DNA of 47,866 bases, taken from positions 1 through 47,866 of the forward strand of contig JAGVWM010000021.1 of NCBI GenBank assembly GCA_018304325.1, written 5' to 3'. The position numbers and the translations under genes were made by a program. The notes under the pieces were generated by a model. It searched no databases. It was not told the origin of the DNA and saw nothing but the letters and a program-made list of their open reading frames with translations. Numbering within the stretch: the first letter of the stretch is position 1; each line of letters begins with the position of its first letter. The DNA comes from Candidatus Pacearchaeota archaeon. GTDB lineage: Archaea; Nanobdellota; Nanobdellia; Pacearchaeales; GW2011-AR1. Shown here one piece after another: positions 8,594 through 16,923 of this stretch.

Positions 8594-9505
8594 ATGAAAA
8601 CAGAAATAAAATGTCCAAACTGTAAAAGCCAAGAAGTAGTCAAGCGTGGTTTCTTTCAGACAGAAGTTCATGGAAAGCAACAAAGATATTTCTGTAAGAT
8701 TTGTGGTAAAAAATTCATAGAACAAACTCCTTTTTACAGAATGAGAAATAAATCAGAAAAGATAACACTTTGTTTAGATTTATTCTTTAAGGGAATTTCA
8801 ACAAGACAAGTTCAATCACATCTACAAGCATTTTATCCTCATAATTCAAGTCATAAAACAATTTACTTATGGGTTGTTAAGTATTCTAACTTGATTTCTA
8901 ATTATACTAATAACCTTAAATTGAATGTCGGTAAAGAATTGCAAATTGATGAGATGGAAATAGGAAGCAGAAAGTCAAGGTATAGGGGTTGGTTTATTGA
9001 TAGTATCGATACTGAAACAAGATTTATGGTTAGTTCCGAGTTTAGTAAGAAAAGAGATTTAAAAGAAGTAAAGAGAGTTTTAAGTCAAGCTAAAAAGAAA
9101 ACTGAAAATCAAGTAGAAACTATTACAAGTGATGGGTGGTTAGCATATCCAAAGGCTGTTCAAAAGACCTTTACAATAAAAAAGAAAAGTAATACTAAGA
9201 AATATGGAGTTAATCATCAAGTTCTTAATGCTTCTCAAGGAGATGGTTTTAATATTAAGATTGAAAGATTACATAATTCAGTTAGACATAGAATTAAAAC
9301 ATTCAGAGGATTTCACGGAAGTGTTAATAGTGCAAATTCTATAATGAAAGGTTTTGAAATTCATTATAATTTTATCAGACCACATTTAGCTTTGAAAGGT
9401 AAAACTCCATCAGAGTTAGCTACTGATATAAAATTAATGGAGAGTAATAAATGGTTGGAGTTAATTAATTTATCTTCTCTTAACCCAAAAGAATCCAGCA
9501 ACTAA
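8594..9505 (+). CDS. DDE transposase with IS1-InsA-like N-terminal zinc finger (IS1/IS6-type; family uncertain)
   Basis: CPNCKSQEVVKRGFFQTEVHGKQQRYFCKICGKKF. Candidate D-D-E triad in QIDEMEI, ITSDGWLAYPKA and IERLHNSVRHRIKTFRGF, followed by HYNFIRPHLALKGKTPSELA. The ATG at 8594 is preferred over the GTG at 8579. BRE/TATA GAAAGGTTTATATA lies at 8559-8572. Confidence 0.7.
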   Translation: MKTEIKCPNCKSQEVVKRGFFQTEVHGKQQRYFCKICGKKFIEQTPFYRMRNKSEKITLCLDLFFKGISTRQVQSHLQAFYPHNSSHKTIYLWVVKYSNLISNYTNNLKLNVGKELQIDEMEIGSRKSRYRGWFIDSIDTETRFMVSSEFSKKRDLKEVKRVLSQAKKKTENQVETITSDGWLAYPKAVQKTFTIKKKSNTKKYGVNHQVLNASQGDGFNIKIERLHNSVRHRIKTFRGFHGSVNSANSIMKGFEIHYNFIRPHLALKGKTPSELATDIKLMESNKWLELINLSSLNPKESSN

Positions 9506-9657
9506 TCCAATAATTAAACATCCTGCTCCTATGAAATTAGAAGTTGAATTAGTCATGTTTCCAATAACATTTCCAGTTATATTATTTGATAAAAAAAATA
9601 TGCCTCCTAATAAACCAATAATTGCTGTTGTTGATATGATTAAAGGAACAATAGAAG

Positions 9658-10035
9658 TTAGACTTTTCTTCTTCTTTCTTTAAATCGTTCTATTTCTTTT
9701 TCATCTCCTGCTCTCTCATAACATTGCTCAGCCTTATCTAAATAATGATTCCTAATAGAATCACCTGCAATCCTTGAAAAAGAGTGAACTCTTTTACTTT
9801 TCTGTTCATATAATTCACCAAGAACTTTATAAATACTTTTTCTTGTACCCCTCGAAAAAGGTTTTTTACTTTTATCATAAAAATAAGGTTCATTATGAAA
9901 ACCATCTGGAAATCCCTGAGTTAAAATGTCTGCAAGATAAGTGATTTTAGTATTTGTTGTCGCCTTATTTTTTAGATGCTCTTTTACTTCATCAGTAGTC
10001 ATGTATCCTCTTTTAGCACTTTCTTTTTTCACCAT
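9658..10035 (-). CDS. Hypothetical protein (125 aa), transposon passenger
   Basis: Clean ORF next to the right TIR. No motif recognised. Confidence 0.45.
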   Translation of the reverse strand: MVKKESAKRGYMTTDEVKEHLKNKATTNTKITYLADILTQGFPDGFHNEPYFYDKSKKPFSRGTRKSIYKVLGELYEQKSKRVHSFSRIAGDSIRNHYLDKAEQCYERAGDEKEIERFKERRRKV

Positions 10036-10085
10036 ATTTAATTAAAAAAAAGCCTTTTTAATTATTTCTAGAGTTTACATTTAAG

Positions 10086-10106
10086 CCCAATTAAAGTAAC
10101 AATGTA
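10086..10106 (-). repeat. Right terminal inverted repeat
   Basis: CCAATTAAAGTAACAATGTAT, followed by TATTGGT. Confidence 0.8.
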
Positions 10107-10139
10107 TTATTGGTAATAATAAAACAGGCTTTGCTCGCC

Positions 10140-10865
10140 TTAATCCTCATTTTCAACCCTTGGAGCAAGTATAAATGATAGTTCAAAAGTATCTTTTTTA
10201 AATTCTAATTTTATTGGGCTATCGCTTGAAAAATTAACAAATATCTTATCAGCAAGCTTGCTGGCTTTGATGAATTTTTGAAGATATTCTAAACTATATT
10301 TTGACTTAGAGTTTCCAGATATAATTTTTACCTCATCACCAGAAAATTCAGCCCTTGCTGAATTCAGCCCTTGAGCTTCAATTATAAAATTATCTGGAGT
10401 AGATATCATTGTACATGCATCACTAACTATAAGGCAATCTTCAATAGCATCTACAAAATCACCTGGAGATATTTGAATCTGACTAAGAAATTCTAATTTT
10501 GGAGGATCTTTGTCTTCCGATTCAACTTCTATAAGAGCAAGAGAAAAGCTTCTTTTTATTTTATCTAAAATATCTAAGTCAATTGTAGTTTCATGACTTT
10601 CCATTATTAAACTGCTCCCAGGTTTAGTTCTCCGTAAAACTGCTTTAAAATTATCAAGATTAATTCCTAAAATTTCATGTCCAGACTGATACTCACTAAA
10701 TGAACTTCTTGGTAATTTGAAATAAACCATTGCTACATTTGCAGGATCTATTGCAACTATAGATAACCCATCTTCATTGAATCTTAACTTAACCTCTGTT
10801 ACTAACTCTGAGATTATAGAAACAACCTCAGAAAGTAGTTTAGGATGATCTAGTTTTGCCCTCAT
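10140..10865 (-). CDS. pcn: DNA polymerase sliding clamp (PCNA)
   Basis: 241 aa. ...VSIISELVTEVKLRFNEDGLSIVAIDPANVAMVYFKLP... and the C-terminal ...FILAPRVE are typical of archaeal PCNA. Confidence 0.85.
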   Translation of the reverse strand: MRAKLDHPKLLSEVVSIISELVTEVKLRFNEDGLSIVAIDPANVAMVYFKLPRSSFSEYQSGHEILGINLDNFKAVLRRTKPGSSLIMESHETTIDLDILDKIKRSFSLALIEVESEDKDPPKLEFLSQIQISPGDFVDAIEDCLIVSDACTMISTPDNFIIEAQGLNSARAEFSGDEVKIISGNSKSKYSLEYLQKFIKASKLADKIFVNFSSDSPIKLEFKKDTFELSFILAPRVENED

Positions 10866-10941
10866 TTTAGTCTTTTTTCATAATGGCCGGAAGCTTTTAA
10901 GTATTATTGTTCTAAACTGAACAAAGGTATTTAAAATTACA

Positions 10942-12501
10942 ATGGCTTTTGATAAAATGAAAAAAGAGAAGGTAAGTTCACTATCTCTGCCTTATTATTC
11001 AAGAAAAGACGTTCTTGAGGCTCTTTTTAATTTTTCAAACAAAAGAGAGGTAGCCCCAAGATACTTTGACAGCTTTGGTAAAAGACCGGATAGTTTTCAA
11101 TATCCCTCAGATATAATTGCTTTAGTAAAAAAGGGTGCTTCAAGTTTCCATTGTTCTGAGGAAAGATGGCAAGACCCATTGCAACTTAAGACAGGTATGC
11201 CTGAAACAGAGCTTAGTGAATTAAGGGAAGGTTGGGATTTTATTATTGATATTGACTGTAATTGGATAGATTATAGTAAAAAAGCAGCTATTGCTATAAT
11301 AAAAGCTCTTGAATACAGAGGAGTAAAAAATATTGGAATTAAATTTTCAGGTAGTAAAGGTTTTCATATTATAGTGCCATGGGAAGCTTTTCCAGAAGAT
11401 GTAAACGGAATAAAAACCAGTTCAATGTTTCCAGAATGGCCAAGGGCAATAGTTGGTTATATAAAAGAACTTGCTCGTCCAATTTTAGAAGATTTAATTA
11501 AAGAAACTGAGTCTGACTTTTTAAAAGTTAAAGGTTATTCTGGAGTTAAATGTGAAAATTGTAACAACCTAGCAGATCTTAGATTTGAGGTAACTGTAAG
11601 ATGTGATAAATGCTCTCCACCACATATAGAGATATTCAAAACTTCAAATGAAAATTATAAAAATAAAAAATGCCCCATTCATAATAAAACTGACTTAATT
11701 GAAACAAAAAAACAGAAATTTTATTATTGTCCAAGATGTACTCTTAATTCTTTAGAAAATAAAAAAAATTTTAGTGAAAGGATATCAATTGATATTTTCA
11801 AAGTTTTAGGTTTAGATTTACAGTTAGTTTCTCCAAGGCATTTATTTAGAATGCCTTATTCATTACATGAAAAAACAGCTTTAGCAAGTATTGTGCTTGA
11901 TAAAGATAAAATATCTAATTTTGAGATAACAGATGCAGATCCTCTTAGTGTTGTTGTTAAAGAGTTTATTCCAAAAGTTAAAAAAAATGAAGCTAAAGAA
12001 TTACTTTTAAGCTCAATAGATTGGTATATGTCTCGGAGAAAAGAAGATAAGTTAGATTACTCTCAAGTTGATAGAAAAGATAAAGTATTTGAAATGCCTA
12101 AGATAAAAGTTAAAGATGATTATTTTCCTCCAATTATCCAAAAAATTCTAAAAGGAATGGAAGATGGAAAAAAAAGAGGCTTATTTATTTTGCTTAATTT
12201 TTTCAGATCTTTAGGATTTCCAATTGAAGAAGTGGAAAGTAAAATAGAAGAATGGAATAAAAAAAATAATCCTCCTCTTAAAGATGGTTATATTAAAGCA
12301 CAATTAATCTGGCATGCCCGTCATCCTCCTGTCATGCCACCAAACTTTGATAATGAAATCTATAAAGAAATAGGAGTTTTTGATACAGACAACTTAAGTG
12401 AGAAAATAAAAAATCCAGTTTCTTATGTTATTGCAAAAGAAAAATTAGATAGGAAATTAAGCGGTAAAAAATCAGACAAACAAAAGAATTATAAACTATA
12501 G
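10942..12501 (+). CDS. priS: Archaeo-eukaryotic DNA primase (PriS-like catalytic domain, Zn knuckle and C-terminal helical domain)
   Basis: DFIIDIDC (DxD), FSGSKGFHIIVPWEAF (SGxGxH) and Cys clusters CENCNN...CDKC / CPIH...CPRC. The C-terminal part reads DGKKRGLFILLNFFRSLGFPIEEVESKIEEWNKKNNPPL (PriCT/PriL-like helical module). Confidence 0.75.
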   Translation: MAFDKMKKEKVSSLSLPYYSRKDVLEALFNFSNKREVAPRYFDSFGKRPDSFQYPSDIIALVKKGASSFHCSEERWQDPLQLKTGMPETELSELREGWDFIIDIDCNWIDYSKKAAIAIIKALEYRGVKNIGIKFSGSKGFHIIVPWEAFPEDVNGIKTSSMFPEWPRAIVGYIKELARPILEDLIKETESDFLKVKGYSGVKCENCNNLADLRFEVTVRCDKCSPPHIEIFKTSNENYKNKKCPIHNKTDLIETKKQKFYYCPRCTLNSLENKKNFSERISIDIFKVLGLDLQLVSPRHLFRMPYSLHEKTALASIVLDKDKISNFEITDADPLSVVVKEFIPKVKKNEAKELLLSSIDWYMSRRKEDKLDYSQVDRKDKVFEMPKIKVKDDYFPPIIQKILKGMEDGKKRGLFILLNFFRSLGFPIEEVESKIEEWNKKNNPPLKDGYIKAQLIWHARHPPVMPPNFDNEIYKEIGVFDTDNLSEKIKNPVSYVIAKEKLDRKLSGKKSDKQKNYKL

Positions 12502-12517
12502 TTCATACATATAAATT

Positions 12518-13066
12518 ATGGTTGAGATATATAAACTTGAATTTACAATATTACAGCAAGAGATTTTAAGGTTTTTATTTTTAATGGCTGGGAAGTCATT
12601 TAATGCATATAATTTATCAAAATATCTTGATGTTTCACAAACAGCAGTAGCAAAAGCATTACCATATATAGAGAAAAAAGGCATTATAAAAATAAGCAAG
12701 GATAAAGAGTCTAAAAGATGGTCTATTGAATTAAATAGAGAAAATAAGCATGTACTAAACTTAAAAAGAGCTGAAAATTTAAGGGTTGTTTATGAATCTA
12801 GATTAGTAGAATTTTTATCTGAAAAATTCCCATCATCGACACTAATTTTATTCGGAAGTTATTCTTTTGGAGAAGACACTTTTAATTCAGATATAGACAT
12901 TGCGATAATTGGAGCAAAAGAAAAAAATATTGATCTATCTGAATTCAACAAAAAATTAAAAAGAATAGTTTCAATTAATTTTTACAAAAATTTTAAAGAA
13001 ATAAATAAAAATCTTAGAGAAAATATATTTAATGGAATTATATTAAAAGGGGGAATTGAATTATGA
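12518..13066 (+). CDS. wHTH + minimal nucleotidyltransferase (MNT-type antitoxin-like)
   Basis: LFGSYSFGEDTFNSDIDIAI (GS-x-G...DxD). There is a 4-nt ATGA overlap with the HEPN gene. Confidence 0.65.
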   Translation: MVEIYKLEFTILQQEILRFLFLMAGKSFNAYNLSKYLDVSQTAVAKALPYIEKKGIIKISKDKESKRWSIELNRENKHVLNLKRAENLRVVYESRLVEFLSEKFPSSTLILFGSYSFGEDTFNSDIDIAIIGAKEKNIDLSEFNKKLKRIVSINFYKNFKEINKNLRENIFNGIILKGGIEL

Positions 13067-13497
13067 AAGAGTTCAGAGAATTTCTCAACAAAGGCATAAT
13101 AAAAAAGCAAACAGCCAATAAGTCCAGAGCAAATGATTTAATTGAAGAGTCTGAAAGAAAAGAAAAATCATTGAAGGAAATACTAAATAAAATAGGGTTA
13201 AGTAATAACAATTCAAATGATATACTAGAATACTGTTATGACATACTGATTGGATTAATAAGAGCCAAGCTTTATTTAGACGGGTTTAAGTCTTCAGGAG
13301 AAGGATCTCATGAAGCGGAAATTTCTTATTTGAAAGAGATTGGTTTTTCTGAAACAGAGGCAAAAGTAATGGATGAACTAAGATATTTTAGAAATGGAAT
13401 AAAATACTATGGAAAGAGGTTTGATAGTGAATATGCAAAGAAAATTTTAAAGTTTTCAGGAGAGACTTCTATTAGACTAAAGCATCTTTTTAAATAG
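13063..13497 (+). CDS. HEPN-domain protein (toxin-like partner of MNT)
   Basis: Helical, 144 aa. ELRYFRNGIKYYG resembles the HEPN R-x4-6-H region, but by eye a Tyr sits where His is expected. Confidence 0.55.
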   Translation: MKEFREFLNKGIIKKQTANKSRANDLIEESERKEKSLKEILNKIGLSNNNSNDILEYCYDILIGLIRAKLYLDGFKSSGEGSHEAEISYLKEIGFSETEAKVMDELRYFRNGIKYYGKRFDSEYAKKILKFSGETSIRLKHLFK

Positions 13498-13602
13498 TTA
13501 ATATAGCTAATTTAAGGATTTCTTTATATATTATAGTCCATACATTTAATTATTAAATAAATTAATAGAAAAGTTTATATATTACTTATTATACATTTAA
13601 TA

Positions 13603-14244
13603 ATGATAAAAGGAACTAATAAGTATGAGAAATTAGCAGAATCACTTGAAGGTTATGAAACCATAGAAACTCTTAGTGAAAAACTCAAGATAAATAGAGC
13701 TAAAGCAATTTATGTTATATATCGTTTAAGAAAACTTGGATTTGTTAAAACTTCTTATGTTGTAGGAAAAAAGAGATTTTACTATATATCTTTAAGCAAT
13801 AAGCAGAAAAGAACAAGCTATGCTGAAATAATTAATAAATTTGCTCCAATTGGAATTGCATCTTCTAATCCTTATTATATTCATGGAAGAATTCCTTCTT
13901 ATGAAGAAACTCTTATCTATGCAATAAAAAAGAAAGATATTAGATATTTAATTGCCTCTTTGGTTTTGTTTAGAAAAATAACTAATTGGAGTCTATTATA
14001 TAATTTGGCAAAAAAAGAAGATTTAATAACTGAAGTTGCAGCTCTTTATGAGGTTTCAAGAAGAGTTGTTAAAAAAGTAAAAAGAATGCCCAAGAGATTC
14101 ATAAATCAGGCAAAAAAAAGAAAGACTAAAAAATTTAAATATATGGTTGAGCATTTTTCTTCAGATGATTTTAAAGATATAGAACAAAGATGGAAGATTT
14201 ATATTCCTTTAAATATTGCAGACTTAGAGGAGTATAAAAAATGA
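13603..14244 (+). CDS. wHTH protein, AbiEi-like antitoxin candidate
   Basis: N-terminus TLSEKLKINRAKAIYVIYRLRKLGFVK (wHTH). There is a 4-nt overlap with the downstream NTase-fold gene. Confidence 0.45.
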   Translation: MIKGTNKYEKLAESLEGYETIETLSEKLKINRAKAIYVIYRLRKLGFVKTSYVVGKKRFYYISLSNKQKRTSYAEIINKFAPIGIASSNPYYIHGRIPSYEETLIYAIKKKDIRYLIASLVLFRKITNWSLLYNLAKKEDLITEVAALYEVSRRVVKKVKRMPKRFINQAKKRKTKKFKYMVEHFSSDDFKDIEQRWKIYIPLNIADLEEYKK

Positions 14245-14927
14245 TTAATATAAAGCAGCAGGAAGAGATACTCATTAAAATAGGTAATATTCTTGAGAAG
14301 AAGATAATTGTTTATGCAATAGGCGGAACTGCAATGATGCTTAAAAGTATCAAAGATTCAACACTAGATATTGATTTTGTCTTTGATAAAAAAAATGATA
14401 GAGAGAAATTCATTCTTGTACTTAGAAAGTTAGGGGCTAAAGAGTCAGACACAGCTCTTGTTTATGGCCTGAAGAATAATACTCCTATTATGCTTGAATT
14501 AGATAATGCTCGTTTTGATTTATTCATGAATAAAGTTATTAGCTCAACATTCTCTGAAAAAATGAAAGATAGGGCAAAACAAGTTCATGAGTTTGGTAAA
14601 AATCTTATAATAAAAGTTGCAGATTCTCATGATATTATAATTATGAAAAGTGCAACCTCAAGAATTAAGGATTTAGATGATATCATTACAATTGTTAAGA
14701 AAGATAAAATAAATTGGGAAATTATTATTGAAGAAGCAAAAGAGCAGATTAATCTAGGGAATAATAATTTCGTTCTTTCTTTAGGAGAAAAACTTGAAAA
14801 ACTTAATAATCAAAAAGAAATTGCAATTTCAACTCCAATTCCCAAAACTGTTTTAGATCAGCTATGGAAATTGCTGAAGAAGCAAGTTAAAAACAAAAAT
14901 AAAGATAAAAAGCCAAGAGAAAAATAA
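14241..14927 (+). CDS. Nucleotidyltransferase-fold protein (AbiEii/DUF6036-like toxin candidate)
   Basis: VYAIGGTAMMLKSIKDSTLDIDFVF (G-G-x-A...DxD) and HDIIIMKSATSRIKDLDDI. Confidence 0.45.
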   Translation: MINIKQQEEILIKIGNILEKKIIVYAIGGTAMMLKSIKDSTLDIDFVFDKKNDREKFILVLRKLGAKESDTALVYGLKNNTPIMLELDNARFDLFMNKVISSTFSEKMKDRAKQVHEFGKNLIIKVADSHDIIIMKSATSRIKDLDDIITIVKKDKINWEIIIEEAKEQINLGNNNFVLSLGEKLEKLNNQKEIAISTPIPKTVLDQLWKLLKKQVKNKNKDKKPREK

Positions 14928-14954
14928 AAAATAAGCTCATAAAATAATTATTTA

Positions 14955-16671
14955 TTATTCACATTTATGATCTACACAAGTATTTTTTCCAATTTTAATA
15001 CAATCTTCATCAAATTTACAATTTCCTAAGAAACATTTTCGAGGCTTGTCATATACAGGTTCACCATTAATCATTTGAATATCACAGATATACCCCTTTA
15101 GACAGTCATTATTTCTCCTACATTCATCACATTTCCCAAAAAAGTCATTACAGTATGGTCGTTCTGATGGACAGTCTTCATTTTTAATGCATTCCACACA
15201 TTTCGATCGTGCGGGCAATTTTTGGCATTTGTTTAATCCAGGAAGAACTCCAGAATCACTTAAAAATTTACATTCATTATCAGTTAAACAGACCGAACAT
15301 AGAGCTCCACCCATCCCTCCGGTAACACATACTATCCCTCCATTTTTGTCGAAATTACAGTCGGGATTTCTATATCCTTCAGATGTTTTAGTATTTTTTT
15401 TAGGAGTGCATTCTGAACAAATATTATCAACACAATATTTGTATGTGCCAGAATCTTTACATTCGGAATTTTTTCCAGAGAAGCATGTTGGACCATCTGG
15501 GTACATAGCTACACATTTTTCATTAATACACTCTTTGCCTTCTGGACAGTCACTACTATAAATACATTCAGATATCTCTTCTTCTTCAGCCACACAAGAA
15601 GCTGGAAAATTTGGTTCTTGCTTACATATCTCATTTTTATCACACTCAATATTATTCAAGTAGAAATTTTGATCTTTCTTGCATACTATTTGAAAATCTT
15701 CTTCAGGAGTATCTTCATTGCATTTCTTTGTATTTTTATTACATTTTTTTAATTCATCGTCTTTTGAAATGCAACTTCCCTGACTGCATATTTCACCATT
15801 TTCACAATTCTTTTTTTCCCATCCAAATCCGTTGCTTCTGCATATTTTAAAATCTGTTTTATCCTCAGGTTTAGCTTTAAAATCTGCTTTATTCTCAGTT
15901 TTAGCTATGCATTTAGTTGCTCCAGGAGTGCATCTTATACCTCTTTCATTTCCTCCAGCAACACAAACATTTTCATAATTGCAAATTAATCCTTCGTTAC
16001 AACCTCCTCCGCACTCTCCTCCACAACCATCATTTCCGCATTCTGTTCCAAGGCAGTTCAGCCATGCATTGCATGAGCTTCCTGTACACACACCTGCATT
16101 GCATGTTTCTCCTGTTGAGCACGATCCACAAGTAACATATCCTCCACAACCATCTAACCAAGTACCACATTCATATCCATAAGATGGACATGTTTGCGGA
16201 ACACAATTTCCACCATCATCACTTACACAATCTCCATAATCATTGCAAGTCTCTCCATTATTGCAGTCGTTATTTTCATAACACTCTCCACAATATCCAT
16301 TTTTGCAGTATGGCTCCCTATGTCTTGAGTCATCCCGGCAAAATTCATTAGTTCCATCATGCCTATTATTATCATCTAGTTCTCCATCATCTGAAAGTTC
16401 CCCATCATCTGAATTAAGGGAAACATCACATTCCACGCCCTGAACTACATTACCAGTTATTCCAATAACATTACCTGATATAACTTCTCCAGTTAAACTG
16501 GATTTATTTTTAATTAATAATCCGATAATAATTAATGCAAGAACTAAAATAAAGTTAAACTGGATTTATTTTTAATTAATAATCCGATAATAATTAATGC
16601 AAGAACTAAAATAATAACACAGATAGCAATTAATAATCTTTTATTAAAATTAGTTTTATTTTTGTTCACCA
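14955..16671 (-). pseudogene. Cys-rich surface protein whose signal-anchor is disconnected by a 62-bp tandem duplication
   Basis: The ATG at 16671 gives MVNKNKTNFNKRLLIAICVIILVLALIIIGLLIKNKSSLT, then a frameshift and stop at 16510. Removing one 62-bp copy joins it in frame to ...GEVISGNVIGITGNVVQGVECDVSLNSDDGE (ORF 14955..16436). It is a paralogue of 24677..26359. Confidence 0.65.
16491..16614. repeat. Perfect 62-bp tandem duplication (2 copies)
   Basis: GTTAAACTGGATTTATTTTTAATTAATAATCCGATAATAATTAATGCAAGAACTAAAATAA(A) occurs at 16491-16552 and again at 16553-16614. Confidence 0.85.
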
Positions 16672-16923
16672 TCTTTTTATTATTTAATTTATGGAGTGTT
16701 ATTTAAAAAACTTTGTATAGGTTAATTTCAGACATATTATACTTTATCTTATTTACTTAATTGTAAAACTACAATATCTTTACCTTGTTTATATATATTT
16801 AATTGAAATCCATTTGTTTGTATTACATTTGCTTTATTTATTTTTATTACCCAATATAATTTAGTCTAGTTTGAAAGGTTTATGTGCAACAAACTTTTTA
16901 AACTCCTCAACACTCTATTAAAC

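Larger units (their letters stand above)
6896..10106. mobile_element. 3.2-kb cargo transposon bounded by 21-bp perfect TIRs and a 7-bp TSD
   Basis: ATACATTGTTACTTTAATTGG at 6896-6916 is the exact reverse complement of 10086-10106. TATTGGT flanks both ends directly (6889-6895 and 10107-10113). The interior holds a DDE transposase plus three to four passenger ORFs. Confidence 0.75.

Noticed and set aside
9506-9657. Minus-strand hydrophobic reading frame (...LLGGIFFLSNNITGNVIGNMTNSTSNFIGAGCLIIGLVAGFFWVKRR) overlapping the transposase 3' end.
   Set aside because: It has no ATG/GTG/TTG start upstream of the first helix. It may be a remnant of an ITGNVIG-type surface-protein N-terminus, but evidence is insufficient.
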